Source: a bacterium
GTDB lineage: Bacteria > Hinthialibacterota > Hinthialibacteria > Hinthialibacterales > Hinthialibacteraceae
Assembly: GCA_963662285.2 (NCBI GenBank)
Contig: CAXXMV010000001.1
Coordinates: 1,088,001 to 1,152,000, forward strand
Direction: 5' to 3'
Length of the DNA: 64,000 nt
Below the pieces are notes generated by a model. That model ran no database searches and had not been told where the DNA came from. It worked only from the letters and a program-made list of their open reading frames with translations. Shown here piece by piece: positions 1 to 10,074 of this stretch (position 1 is its first letter; every line of letters starts with the position of its first letter). The translations under genes were made by a program, and so were the position numbers.

Positions 1-276
1 CTCGAAGTGGGCGAACTGGGTAAAATGATTCAATTTCAAGAGAAAGAAAAAGAGGGCAGCCACTCAAAGCTGTTTCCCATCGCCGGATCGGCTATGATCC
101 TTAATCCTAAACAATGGGAAGCATTCGGCGGGGTTCCGGTACGCGTAAATTCTCAAGGCCGAGTAAGTTCCAACACTATGTCATCATCACCCATAAACCA
201 ACCGGGAGTCAGCACAGCGCTTGGTCAAGAAAAATACCTCATCCTCGGCATCCAACTCGACGAAGTACGAAAATGA
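1..276 (+). CDS. hypothetical protein, 3' end only (gene starts left of the window)
   Basis: Frame 1 is open from base 1 to TGA at 274-276 and converges on the hairpin at 326-352; no recognisable motif. Confidence 0.5.
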   Translation, partial: LEVGELGKMIQFQEKEKEGSHSKLFPIAGSAMILNPKQWEAFGGVPVRVNSQGRVSSNTMSSSPINQPGVSTALGQEKYLILGIQLDEVRK

Positions 277-325
277 TATTGCCTATAGTGAACCTCAAAA
301 TGATTCTGTAATGATAAAAACACAA

Positions 326-352
326 AAGAGGCGGGAGATGATCCCGCCTCTT
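326..352 (-). terminator. intrinsic terminator for tpiA (possibly bidirectional)
   Basis: Perfect 11-bp stem AAGAGGCGGGA/TCCCGCCTCTT with a 5-nt loop and a T-rich tail on the minus strand, about 30 nt after the tpiA stop. Confidence 0.85.
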
Positions 353-382
353 GAAATATTACTGATTAATACGATGGGTTGA

Positions 383-1147
383 TTATAGTGAGCCGCAGTT
401 TTCGATGATGCCATTGAACAATTCCGGTTTAAGGGCTGCGCCGCCGACCAGGGCGCCGTCGATATCCTGCTGAGTGAGCAGTTGATTGGCGTTTTCGGCT
501 TTAACGCTTCCGCCGTATTGAATACGAACGGTCTGGGCAGTTTCTTCGTCGAACATATCAGAGACGACTTTGCGGCAGAACGCATGTACTGATTGGGCGT
601 CATCCGGAGTAGCAGTTTTACCGGTTCCAATAGCCCATACTGGCTCATAAGCCAGAACCATGCCTTTAACCTGATCCGTAGTCAATCCAGCCAGTCCACC
701 GCGCAGATGATCTTCGCAAACGGCTTCAGTCTTGCCCGCTTCACGCTCTTCTTCAGTTTCGCCGAAGCACATGATGGGGATAAGTTTTTTCTCGAAAGCG
801 AATTTAACTTTTTCGTTAATGAATTCGTTGGTTTCGTTGAAATAAGTACGGCGTTCGGAGTGTCCGATAATGACATACTGGCAGCCTGTATCGAGTAGGA
901 AATCAGCAGAAATTTCGCCAGTGTAAGCGCCGCCGTCTTTGGGGTAAAGATTCTGTCCACCAAGGCCGATCTTGGTTCCTTTAACAACTGCATTAACTTC
1001 ACGTAGTGAGGTATAAGGCGGGCAGAACACGATGTCGACGGCATCCGACTGACCGTATTTATCGGCGATTCCTTTGGCTAGCGCAGCAGCTTCTTCAGCT
1101 GTACCTGCATTCATTTTCCAATTGCCTGCAATGATCAATTTACGCAT
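383..1147 (-). CDS. tpiA: triosephosphate isomerase
   Basis: Motifs IAGNWKMN, GHSERR, AYEPVWAIGTG, YGGSVK and DGALVGGA; 254 aa; AAGGAG RBS. Confidence 0.99.
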   Translation of the reverse strand: MRKLIIAGNWKMNAGTAEEAAALAKGIADKYGQSDAVDIVFCPPYTSLREVNAVVKGTKIGLGGQNLYPKDGGAYTGEISADFLLDTGCQYVIIGHSERRTYFNETNEFINEKVKFAFEKKLIPIMCFGETEEEREAGKTEAVCEDHLRGGLAGLTTDQVKGMVLAYEPVWAIGTGKTATPDDAQSVHAFCRKVVSDMFDEETAQTVRIQYGGSVKAENANQLLTQQDIDGALVGGAALKPELFNGIIENCGSL

Positions 1148-1265
1148 GAAACTATATCTCCTTTATTTAAATTTTCGCGTTTTGATTTATACATATCTTA
1201 TCACCTGCTCATGATAGTACACAGGTGGACGGATTGAGGGTATAGAGGAAAATCCTGGTTCTTTT

Positions 1266-1745
1266 TCAAGCAATTTTCCTAAGCAAGACAGTCGCCATGG
1301 CCAACAGGCCATCTTCTGGTTGGAAGATTACTCCCTCTGTGCGGGTGGCTTTGACGCTTACCTCATCTTCGCTCACACAGAGCGGTTTGGCCAGGGTGCG
1401 GCGGATCCGGCGGATATGGGGAGCGAATTTCGGCTCATCAGCAACAATGGTGCAATCGATGTTCTCAATTTTATAGTTAGCATCCCGGATGAGAATCATG
1501 GTAGTTTGCAGCAGCTCGATGCTGTTAACATCCTTAAACCTGGGATCGGTATCGGGGAAATGTTGGCCTATATCGCCCAGCGCCAATGCCCCCAACAGCG
1601 CATCAATTATGGCATGAGTTAAGGCGTCGGCGTCGGAATGTCCTAGAAGCCCCTTTTCATGCTTGATTTCCACTCCACCGATAACCAATCTTCGGCCATA
1701 TTCCCAGCGATGAAGATCAAAACCATTGCCAATTCTATATGTCAT
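1266..1745 (-). CDS. ispF: 2-C-methyl-D-erythritol 2,4-cyclodiphosphate synthase
   Basis: Motifs RIGNGFDLH, GHSDADALTHA, LGDIGQHFPDTD and SVKAT. Confidence 0.97.
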   Translation of the reverse strand: MTYRIGNGFDLHRWEYGRRLVIGGVEIKHEKGLLGHSDADALTHAIIDALLGALALGDIGQHFPDTDPRFKDVNSIELLQTTMILIRDANYKIENIDCTIVADEPKFAPHIRRIRRTLAKPLCVSEDEVSVKATRTEGVIFQPEDGLLAMATVLLRKIA

Positions 1746-2151
1746 TATTAAACCTCAGCATAATGGATGTTAATATATTACCTGGTTTGATTGTGATGGT
1801 GAATCCATATTAAATAAACCGGAGTATGTGCATAATAACCTTAATATTAGCGTTGCGAAGATTAAGCGTGATAATAGATCAATTATTAGAACTGTGTAAA
1901 TAGGAGATTTCTCAATGAAACTTTGGTGGTTATTAACAATATTATCATTTTCGCTTCTTGCAGAGGGAAAAGGGATTTGTTAAAGATGAGCGATGCCTCG
2001 CGCTGGAATGAATTCCGTTTCTACTTGATGATGGAAATGGTTTAGCGGAAGATGATCCAGGGGTATGACTCTTACCTTACTGGATGGTGGTGTATTATGA
2101 TTTTATACAATAATGAATCTCCAGATACAAGAAAAACGAGGGAGAACGATA

Positions 2152-4392
2152 ATGAAGCGTTTTAATTGTATGATTAAAATACTTGTTATAGTAGGAGTTT
2201 TGATAATGGTTGAAGAAATTAATGCATTTGGACAGGGCGCAAAAATCCAGCGTAAAACGGCCTTATTGACTGTACAGCCAGAAGTTGTCGTCAAAGGCGA
2301 CGAGATCAATGCGGTAGTCCAGCCTTTTGATGATAAAACTCTCCTACGTCTAAATTTAACCTATCCAACTGGAAAGATCATTGAACAGATTCAGGTAACT
2401 GGCGATTCATCGGTTACAAGCATTGCTTTGAAGATTCCCAAAGGATGCACAGGCAGTTTACGAGTTATTCTGGAAGCAAGGCGTAATGGTTATTGGATGC
2501 CAGCAGCAACAAGAAATATTGCCGTAATGCCAAATTATTGGAATAGATTAACTGACATTATAAAGAGTATTGAATCTATCGAATCTGGAAAAAGCGATGA
2601 TATTGCTCTTAAGCGCTCAACCTGGGCTGCTTTAGCTTATGCGGAAGATTTGATGGATCGCGTCAAATTTGCTGATTTCAATCAATCATGGGAACTTGAG
2701 CAGCGAATTGAGGAATTAGATTCACAGGCCAAAGCATTAAAACAAGGAAAGAATCCACTCGCAGACGCCCGTGGTTATCAGTTACGCGGCTATCGCTCTG
2801 ATTTGAACGGTGAGATTCAACCATATTCGTTGTATATTCCAAACGGTTATGGCATTGATGAAGCGCAAAAATGGCCAGTAGTGGTGATGCTGCATGGGGC
2901 GTGGTCTAATCATCACCTGGCATTGCGCCGTGTCTTTGGAACGACTAATGATCGTGGAGAAGATGATGTCAGCGCCAAGCGGGTGATGCCTGACCTGCCT
3001 GACGTCCCTTTTATCGTGGTTTCTCCAAACGGTTATGAAACAATGTGTTACCGTGGTTTTGCGGAAGATGATGCGTGGCGCGTACTACACGAAATAGAAG
3101 AGATGTTCAATGTTGACCCAAACCGCATTTATTTGACCGGATTGAGCATGGGCGGCGGAGGAACAGGGATGCTGGGCTTGCGCCATCCTGATCGCTTTGC
3201 CGCTATCGCCCCGGTTTGCGCATTCTTCGGCGCCTTCCTTGATCTTGATGCAGTCGAAAAGAGACCAGAATTTCTACAATGGCCTGAAAATGCCATTTCA
3301 ACTTATAATCAAGCGGAAAACGCCTTTCAACTACCGGTTAAACTGATGCATGGCGATATTGATCCCGTTGTTCCGGTGCATAATTCCCATGCTCTCTATG
3401 CGAAATTACAAAAACTGGGCTACAAGAGTGAAATCGAAGTATACTCCGGCGTCGGACATGCGGCATGGGTTCCCGCTTATGAGAATGCGCGAATATTCGA
3501 CTGGTTTGCTCAATTTGAACGTAATCCTTATCCTGAAAAGGTGGTTTTCAAGACGGCTGATCCAGTGGGAGGCTCATCTTATTGGGTGCGGATTGACGAA
3601 TTGGAGAAAATCCGGCGCTTTGGACGCATAGAAGCAGAAATTTCTGGAACAAAAGTCGAAATTTTCACAGATAATCTTGCTCGCTTCTCTTTAACTATTC
3701 CAGAAAATTTGATTCCGGGAGACGCCGTCGCTCAAGTGATTATTGACGGTAAAGAGGCATATAATGGTACTTTAGGCTCGGAAATTAGTTTCCAATATGA
3801 TAATGGGCAATGGAAATGGCTCCACCAACCAGTTGCACAAAAACTGGCGCCCCTGGTAAATGGCGCCTATGGCGTTATGGAACAAAGACATACGTATGTT
3901 TATGGAACCAATGGGACGTCTGAGGAAGAAGAGGAAGCCCGGTCTTTGGCTAAATCGAAATCGATTTACGGTGATTGGGCGGACGTGCAATGGGATGTGA
4001 TTCCTGAAGATGCTCTTACCAAAGAAATAATTGAGAATAATCACCTTTTTCTGTTTTCTACAATTGAAGGTTCTGTATTCTTGAGGGATCATGCTGATAA
4101 ACTGCCAATTAAGTTGAATGAGGGATTAATTAAAATCGGAGACCGGGTAGTTGAGCCGGATCAGGCCATCGTATTTCTATGTCCTAATCCACAAAATCCA
4201 TCCCGCTACCTGCTGGTCTGTACAGCGACATCAGCGCAAAGTATGAAATGTTTGCGTGAATTTGCCTTGAATCAACGTACGCTTGAGTTTGATACAATTG
4301 GAGACTTTGCTGTTTTTAATTCAGATGGAAAGCCTGTATGGGGCGGCTTGTTTGATAAAAACTGGCAAGTGGAAATGACCGGGGAATTTTAA
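2152..4392 (+). CDS. secreted alpha/beta-hydrolase (esterase / prolyl oligopeptidase-like) with N- and C-terminal extensions
   Basis: Signal peptide; PVVVMLHG; nucleophile elbow TGLSMGG; HGDID; GHAAW catalytic His. Start placed at ATG 2152 after a GAGGGAG RBS (ORF track gives 2113). Confidence 0.85.
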   Translation: MKRFNCMIKILVIVGVLIMVEEINAFGQGAKIQRKTALLTVQPEVVVKGDEINAVVQPFDDKTLLRLNLTYPTGKIIEQIQVTGDSSVTSIALKIPKGCTGSLRVILEARRNGYWMPAATRNIAVMPNYWNRLTDIIKSIESIESGKSDDIALKRSTWAALAYAEDLMDRVKFADFNQSWELEQRIEELDSQAKALKQGKNPLADARGYQLRGYRSDLNGEIQPYSLYIPNGYGIDEAQKWPVVVMLHGAWSNHHLALRRVFGTTNDRGEDDVSAKRVMPDLPDVPFIVVSPNGYETMCYRGFAEDDAWRVLHEIEEMFNVDPNRIYLTGLSMGGGGTGMLGLRHPDRFAAIAPVCAFFGAFLDLDAVEKRPEFLQWPENAISTYNQAENAFQLPVKLMHGDIDPVVPVHNSHALYAKLQKLGYKSEIEVYSGVGHAAWVPAYENARIFDWFAQFERNPYPEKVVFKTADPVGGSSYWVRIDELEKIRRFGRIEAEISGTKVEIFTDNLARFSLTIPENLIPGDAVAQVIIDGKEAYNGTLGSEISFQYDNGQWKWLHQPVAQKLAPLVNGAYGVMEQRHTYVYGTNGTSEEEEEARSLAKSKSIYGDWADVQWDVIPEDALTKEIIENNHLFLFSTIEGSVFLRDHADKLPIKLNEGLIKIGDRVVEPDQAIVFLCPNPQNPSRYLLVCTATSAQSMKCLREFALNQRTLEFDTIGDFAVFNSDGKPVWGGLFDKNWQVEMTGEF

Positions 4393-4528
4393 AAACGTTA
4401 TACACCGCTAAAATATTATGCAGGGATGTATAGAATGACAGATTATGAGTGGTTTGATAAATCATGAGCATGGCTGGAAGGCCGCCCGTTTTTATACTCC
4501 ACTCCACTAATTTTCAGGACGAAATTGA

Positions 4529-5026
4529 ATGAAAAAATCTCAGTGCCAAACATTTTTCCTGCTAGGCTGCATTACATTATTGCTAGCCTCTTGCGGAGCG
4601 CATTCACCATCAATTTTGAAAGAACACCATCGCTCCATACACATAGCGGTTTTGAAGAATGAAACCCAGCAGTACTCGCTCGAAGAGCGGATGACCCGTT
4701 CGATCATAGCCTCATTTCAACGCGATGGACGATTGCGCGTATCTCCCGGATCGATGGCGGATCTGCAAATGGAAGGCGTTATCAAGTCTGCTGACGTCTC
4801 TCCCATAGGATACACCGACCTGGATCGCGCTATCGGATATACCCTTGGCGTAGTTGTAGAGATAAGCGTGCTGGATGAGTCATCGGGTGAATATTTGATC
4901 GAAAAACGCCCCTTCACCGCGACGGGAACCTATATGCTCAGCAATGAACCCTCAGTAGCCCGTGCTCAGGATGTGACGGACAATTTGGCCGAACAGGTGC
5001 TAAGCGCATTGATTGAAGGGTGGTAA
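4529..5026 (+). CDS. lptE: LptE-family LPS-assembly lipoprotein
   Basis: Lipobox LLASC; IHIAVLKNETQQYSLE; ends in EGW; lies directly upstream of holA as in the conserved lptE-holA arrangement. Confidence 0.75.
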   Translation: MKKSQCQTFFLLGCITLLLASCGAHSPSILKEHHRSIHIAVLKNETQQYSLEERMTRSIIASFQRDGRLRVSPGSMADLQMEGVIKSADVSPIGYTDLDRAIGYTLGVVVEISVLDESSGEYLIEKRPFTATGTYMLSNEPSVARAQDVTDNLAEQVLSALIEGW

Positions 5027-5033
5027 TCGCAAG

Positions 5034-6005
5034 ATGGCTGCGCCTTCAACCAATATCAGATTGCTGCTGGGCGGCGACTCGTTTCAGAGAGATGTGGCTC
5101 TAAAAGAGATAAAAAAGCGCCGCTACGGTGATGAAGAAGCCGAAATTATGCGGTTTGACGCCTCTGCGGGAGATGTTTCCAGCGCTATTGAAGAGGTAGT
5201 ATCATACTCTCTTTTTAATCCAAATCAGATTGTTGTTTTAGATAGAGTAGAAAAGACGCCTAAAACAGATTTAGCCTCTCTGGTAGAATACGCCTCCAAA
5301 CCCCGTGGCGACACGCCCTTTATTTTTTTCGCCCCTTCAGAAAAAGATATATCCAAGCCTCTATTCAAAGCAATCGGAACAACTTATACCCGCACCCTTC
5401 CCAAGACAACCCAAGGTCAAATTCGGAAAATAGTCTTGGAGCGTTGCGCAGAACGCGATGTCTCTTTCCCTGATAATGCTATTAAATTTTATATGAAAAG
5501 CTGCGGCGAGAATATTGATACAGCTCTTAGGGAATTGAATAAATTAATTTTATGGGCGGGAAAAGAAGGAACTATATCGCTCGAATTGTGCCGTAAACTG
5601 GTGCAGACCGAAGAAGAAGAGACTATCTGGGCTATAACCAATGCAGTGGGTGACAAAGATGTACAACAAGCGCTTCAATCGCTTGATCGATTGCTGGAAC
5701 AGGGAGAAAATGAGGTTGATATAACCAGGCTTTTGATTGGCGCGTTCCGGGCATTGTACCATTGCAAGACATTGATGAGAGAAAAAGTTTCGTCTGCAGA
5801 TCTAAGTAAACGAACAGGGAAACATGGATATGGACTAACCAAAACCCAGAATCAGACCAAGGGATTTACTATTGACGCCCTGCGCAGCGCAATAAACCGG
5901 CTTCGCAGAGCTGATGATGAAATGAAGGGAGGCGTCTATATTCCTTCGCCGTCGCATAAGCGAATCCTTATAGAACGTTTGGTGATTGATCTATGCCAAT
6001 CCTAG
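5034..6005 (+). CDS. holA: DNA polymerase III delta subunit
   Basis: LLLGGDSF N-terminus, SLF motif, ELNKL, IWAITNAV and C-terminal DDEMKGG...LIERLVIDL; follows lptE. Confidence 0.9.
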   Translation: MAAPSTNIRLLLGGDSFQRDVALKEIKKRRYGDEEAEIMRFDASAGDVSSAIEEVVSYSLFNPNQIVVLDRVEKTPKTDLASLVEYASKPRGDTPFIFFAPSEKDISKPLFKAIGTTYTRTLPKTTQGQIRKIVLERCAERDVSFPDNAIKFYMKSCGENIDTALRELNKLILWAGKEGTISLELCRKLVQTEEEETIWAITNAVGDKDVQQALQSLDRLLEQGENEVDITRLLIGAFRALYHCKTLMREKVSSADLSKRTGKHGYGLTKTQNQTKGFTIDALRSAINRLRRADDEMKGGVYIPSPSHKRILIERLVIDLCQS

Positions 6006-6402
6006 AGATATAAAATATAGTTTATTTATTCTGTGTTTAAATGATGCTTTATGATGTTTTTTAAACAAATCCAGATAAATAAATTCCAATATACTTTTGG
6101 AACCACTATGGCCAGATTAATCCTACAGGTGACGAACTTCTATTTTTGTACTATTCTACTGTCCGAAACAATGTTTTATCCCCATACCCAATATGTCCAT
6201 CACCAAGTATCATGGACTGTATAGGTAAAATAGAGAGGTTTGCATAATAGCGTTATTATTAGCGTTTAGAAAAAACCTGAAATGATTGGCTTTTTCTTAG
6301 ATCAAATGCAATAATAAACGAATATATTTTTTAAGAACCGCTCTAGTCTGAGAATAGCAGGGAAATATAAATTTTTTGATTATTCAAGATGGAGTCAAAT
6401 GA

Positions 6403-8880
6403 ATGAATTACCGAAATATTTTCTTCACAAGTTTATTATCTCTAACTTTTTTGTGTCTAATGGGATCATTGGCGAATGATGCGTCTGCGCAAGCTCGTGG
6501 TTGGTGCGAACAAAAGTCTCTTGCTCATGCATCGACCGTAGATACCCGCGTCACGATGCCTTCTGTTATTGCAGATGGCGACGATGTATATATTGTCTAT
6601 AGGCAGGGTAGCATCAAGTTGGTCAAGTCTGCTGATCGTGGGAAAACGTGGAGTGATCCAATCGTAATTGATACCTCGATGCCAGTAACCAATACCCCAA
6701 CTATAGCAGTACTCAAAGGCAAAATCATTGTGGTTTGGCCTGCGCTGGTTGATGTTGAAGGCTTCTCAGCTTTTCAACTCTTTTCCGCCCAAAGTACGGA
6801 TGGCGCCGTAACATTCTCCGAACCCAAAAGAATTACTCATACGCAAGAATCCACTTTCTCGCCTCAATTCTTGATGAATGGAGATAACGCTCAACTACTC
6901 TGGTTGGAAACCCCATTGCCGCAAACATTGGGCAGTATTTCGACTATAGCACGACCTGATTTCACTCCCGAAACGGTTTCTGAAGTGATCAATATGAAAA
7001 TCAATGATGGATCACTGGAAGATAAGATGAGCCGGTTTCGATCAACGATATACGTTCGTACATTTAACTTTACATCTGAACTTTTTTCTCCACCAAGCAA
7101 AGTGGATGTACTTCGCGGAGAATCATTGCCCTACATCTTTACGATTTATGGTCCTATCGCAGGCTCTCTGCACATCACAGCTAACCAGAACACCGAAATC
7201 CGCAGTTATTCTTCAACCGATGGCGGTCAAAAATGGAAGAAGGAATTCCAAAATCAATCTTTCTTTGATCCTCGCAAAATGACGGATATTGAGGTTGTTA
7301 ATGGTAAAATGAATGCCGCCTGGATTGGCCGCACCTATGGCAAGTTAATTGCGGTTAATTTTGTTTCCAGCAATGATTTAAATAAAAACATTCCCCTTTC
7401 CCCTGACCAATACGTGCGTTACGCCCCACGAATAACTTTTAGCGACGGCGATTTCCATATTGCCTGGGAAGCAGGGGAGGAAGAAAATAGCTGGATAACC
7501 TATATACGCACCGATGATGTCTCTCCAACATCGAAAATAACCAGCCCGGATGATCCGGAAATTAAACAAAGAAGCGCTACTTTCTTCTGGGAAGGCAACG
7601 ATAATATTTCCGATACGAATCGTCTGGTTTTCGCATATAGCAGCGATAATGGAAAAACATGGTCTTCTCCCCAAGCGGAAACCAGAGCAACCATCGATAC
7701 TCCATCAGATGGTGATTATGTTTTTATGGTTAGAGCGGAAGACGTGGCTGGCAATATCCAGGAGAAACCTGCGGAATTTAAATTTAATACCTTCAAATCT
7801 GCGCCGGAAACCCGCATCACTCAAGCGCCGCCAGCAAGCATGGTTGTCAACAATCGTTCGGTTGAAGTTAAGTTTACTGGTGATGATAACACTGACGATA
7901 TCAATAATTTGGATTATTCCGCGCAAACCGATGATGGTCCCTGGTCTGAATTCAGAAAAGGCGCAAGCCACATTTTCAACAGTCTTTCCAATGGCCAGCA
8001 TGTTCTAAAACTACGGATGCGTGATTCGCGCGGTAATATAGATCCTACTCCGGCTCAATGCATGGTGACTGTACAGGTAGGATTAGAATTGATTCTTGAA
8101 ACCAAACCACCTCTGACTTCAAACGCGGAATCAAGCGTATTGAGTTGGAAATCCACAGATGACAAAGGCCAGCCAGTTAAACTAAGTTATTTCTATCGCT
8201 TGAATAGAGGTGATGTAAACGAACTGGGCGACAAGCAGACGCTTGAATTAAAAGACCTTAAGGAAGGCCAGCATCGCATAGAAATCTGGGGACGCGACGC
8301 ATCCGGCGACGAAACTCAGAAAGAGAATTACCAGTGGTTAATTGACCGGACTCCTCCCGAAACAACCGCCTCATTTACTAAAGAATATTCCGGGCTTTTT
8401 CCGCGTCTATCGCTTGGATTAAATGACTCTGCTTTGGCCGATGGAAGTACTACCGCGCCCCCAAGCAAATTAAAATATCAGATTGGCGATGGATCATGGA
8501 ATGTTTTGGAAGATGCCAGTTCTTCATGGTCGGTTCCCAAGCCATTGTCATTCTATTCCTGGGGATATGTTGTCAAAATCAGCGCGATTGATGTTGCAGG
8601 CAACGCTGATCCTTCACCGGCTGAAGTTGATCTTCGCATCCATGTTCGCACCAATCCTTATGTTTTCTACTCGGTTGTGGCAGTGTTTGCGATCTTGATA
8701 TTGTTCCTCTTGCGATTGCTATTGAAATCTTTTGCAAATCGCTCGCCACGTCGTTCCCTTTCATCAACGTCGACTACATCTTCTATAAACTTTAGCGAAG
8801 AAAAAAGTGATGATTCTTTTGGCTCTTCCTACTCGATGGATGATGACGAAGAGAAGAAAGACAACGATCCTTATAGTTGA
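6403..8880 (+). CDS. secreted, C-terminally membrane-anchored protein with Asp-box (BNR/sialidase-like) propeller and Ig-like repeats
   Basis: Signal peptide; Asp-boxes SADRGKTWS, STDGAVTFS, STDGGQKW, SSDNGKTWS; about four repeats of the D..PPET...VRA.D.AGN type; C-terminal TM helix and Ser/Asp-rich tail. Confidence 0.75.
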   Translation: MNYRNIFFTSLLSLTFLCLMGSLANDASAQARGWCEQKSLAHASTVDTRVTMPSVIADGDDVYIVYRQGSIKLVKSADRGKTWSDPIVIDTSMPVTNTPTIAVLKGKIIVVWPALVDVEGFSAFQLFSAQSTDGAVTFSEPKRITHTQESTFSPQFLMNGDNAQLLWLETPLPQTLGSISTIARPDFTPETVSEVINMKINDGSLEDKMSRFRSTIYVRTFNFTSELFSPPSKVDVLRGESLPYIFTIYGPIAGSLHITANQNTEIRSYSSTDGGQKWKKEFQNQSFFDPRKMTDIEVVNGKMNAAWIGRTYGKLIAVNFVSSNDLNKNIPLSPDQYVRYAPRITFSDGDFHIAWEAGEEENSWITYIRTDDVSPTSKITSPDDPEIKQRSATFFWEGNDNISDTNRLVFAYSSDNGKTWSSPQAETRATIDTPSDGDYVFMVRAEDVAGNIQEKPAEFKFNTFKSAPETRITQAPPASMVVNNRSVEVKFTGDDNTDDINNLDYSAQTDDGPWSEFRKGASHIFNSLSNGQHVLKLRMRDSRGNIDPTPAQCMVTVQVGLELILETKPPLTSNAESSVLSWKSTDDKGQPVKLSYFYRLNRGDVNELGDKQTLELKDLKEGQHRIEIWGRDASGDETQKENYQWLIDRTPPETTASFTKEYSGLFPRLSLGLNDSALADGSTTAPPSKLKYQIGDGSWNVLEDASSSWSVPKPLSFYSWGYVVKISAIDVAGNADPSPAEVDLRIHVRTNPYVFYSVVAVFAILILFLLRLLLKSFANRSPRRSLSSTSTTSSINFSEEKSDDSFGSSYSMDDDEEKKDNDPYS

Positions 8881-8907
8881 TCTTTAGATTGTAATAATTA
8901 AATTACG

Positions 8908-8940
8908 AAAAAGCCGCGTATTTTCTACGCGGCTTTTTTT
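8908..8940 (+). terminator. intrinsic terminator
   Basis: AAAAAGCCGCGTA-ttttc-TACGCGGCTTTTTTT directly after the 6403-8880 gene. Confidence 0.9.
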
Positions 8941-9110
8941 GTGCATTTTTCAAATCGACTTTGAATCAATCATGTTGTATGATATTCACGAGAAATTACT
9001 ATGTTATAGTTATTAGTCTATACATAAACTTTCATATACTAATAACACTGATATGATGTTGACTACATCTGGCATCATACTGAAAATAATAACATATCTA
9101 TTGGTATCTT

Positions 9111-9980
9111 ATGAATGTTGAGGGTAGATTCAAAAAAATTATTCTTCTGTTTTCATTAGTCTGGTTTTGTTTACCGGCGGAAACCAGACCGGTCATGGTC
9201 GAACTATTCGTCTCCGATAGCCAATGCGACGATTGCCAGACGGCCATGAAAGAGATTGTTCAACTTAGCGGCGAATTCACAGACTATGAGTTTCATCTAT
9301 TGATTTATCACGTCGGGATAAATGATAAATTATGGAATTTTGACAGCGCAGTTCGTGCGATTCATTATGGACTGCAAGTCGACCGGCTTCCCGTTGTTAT
9401 CTTAAATGGCGTCTCCCGCATTGATGGAGCGAGACCCGGCATTATATCCACCTATAGAGACCAAGTCCTCGAAAAACTGAAAGAAGAAACCGTAGGTAAG
9501 GTTAACGGGTGGATGCGCATCAAGGCGAATTCTCTTATCGGCTCGGCAACATACAGTCTGCCATTATCATCATCGGGGCAATATAACTTATGTTATAGCC
9601 TGACCGAAGATCAATCACAGGAAGAACCATCCGTCGTCCGGTATTCAAAGGCAATGATAAAATCAGTTACCGACCTTTATGGCGTTACCAGCATGGATAT
9701 TGACCTGGCTGATCCAAATAAAGTAATCGAGGTTGATGAAATTAAAACTCATGGATTCTGGTGGGTTGAAAATGCCAGGACTTATGAGATTATTCATTCA
9801 ATTCGCGCTATAAATGCGGCGCCCTTCCAGTGGGATTTCGATAATAATGGCGAATGGGATCATAATGACGCCTTTATCTTCTCGTTTCTATGGGGAGAAC
9901 AATCAAACGCCGCAGACCGGGATCAAAACGGGCGCGTTGACCAGGCGGATCTGCTTCAAATACTAGGCGCTAAGCCTTAA
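9111..9980 (+). CDS. secreted thioredoxin-fold (CxxC) protein with C-terminal dockerin/EF-hand-like module
   Basis: Signal peptide; VMVELFVSDSQCDDC; cis-Pro-like LPVVILNG; C-terminal paired Ca-loop motifs DFDNNGEWDHND and DRDQNGRVDQAD. Confidence 0.65.
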   Translation: MNVEGRFKKIILLFSLVWFCLPAETRPVMVELFVSDSQCDDCQTAMKEIVQLSGEFTDYEFHLLIYHVGINDKLWNFDSAVRAIHYGLQVDRLPVVILNGVSRIDGARPGIISTYRDQVLEKLKEETVGKVNGWMRIKANSLIGSATYSLPLSSSGQYNLCYSLTEDQSQEEPSVVRYSKAMIKSVTDLYGVTSMDIDLADPNKVIEVDEIKTHGFWWVENARTYEIIHSIRAINAAPFQWDFDNNGEWDHNDAFIFSFLWGEQSNAADRDQNGRVDQADLLQILGAKP

Positions 9981-10002
9981 ACATAAGCGGGTAATCCCTC
10001 GC

Positions 10003-10031
10003 TTGACATACCAACGAAATAGCCGTAAATT
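10003..10031 (+). promoter_or_regulatory. sigma70-type promoter of the helicase gene
   Basis: TTGACA (10003-10008), 17-bp spacer, TAAATT (10026-10031). Confidence 0.6.
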
Positions 10032-10035
10032 ATAC

Positions 10036-10049
10036 TGAACATTAGTACA
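10036..10049. promoter_or_regulatory. putative LexA (SOS) operator
   Basis: TGAACATTAGTACA, with the same half-sites as TGAACAAATGTACA in the lexA promoter; lies just downstream of the -10 element. Confidence 0.65.
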
Positions 10050-10074
10050 CCTTTATATAATAGGCTGGGTTGAG

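Noticed and set aside
6006-6402. rpsT or an ncRNA after holA; also a minus-strand MILGDGHI resembling a LAGLIDADG motif
   Set aside because: No S20-like ORF or convincing RNA structure; the LAGLIDADG-like frame stops after about 20 codons with no other support.
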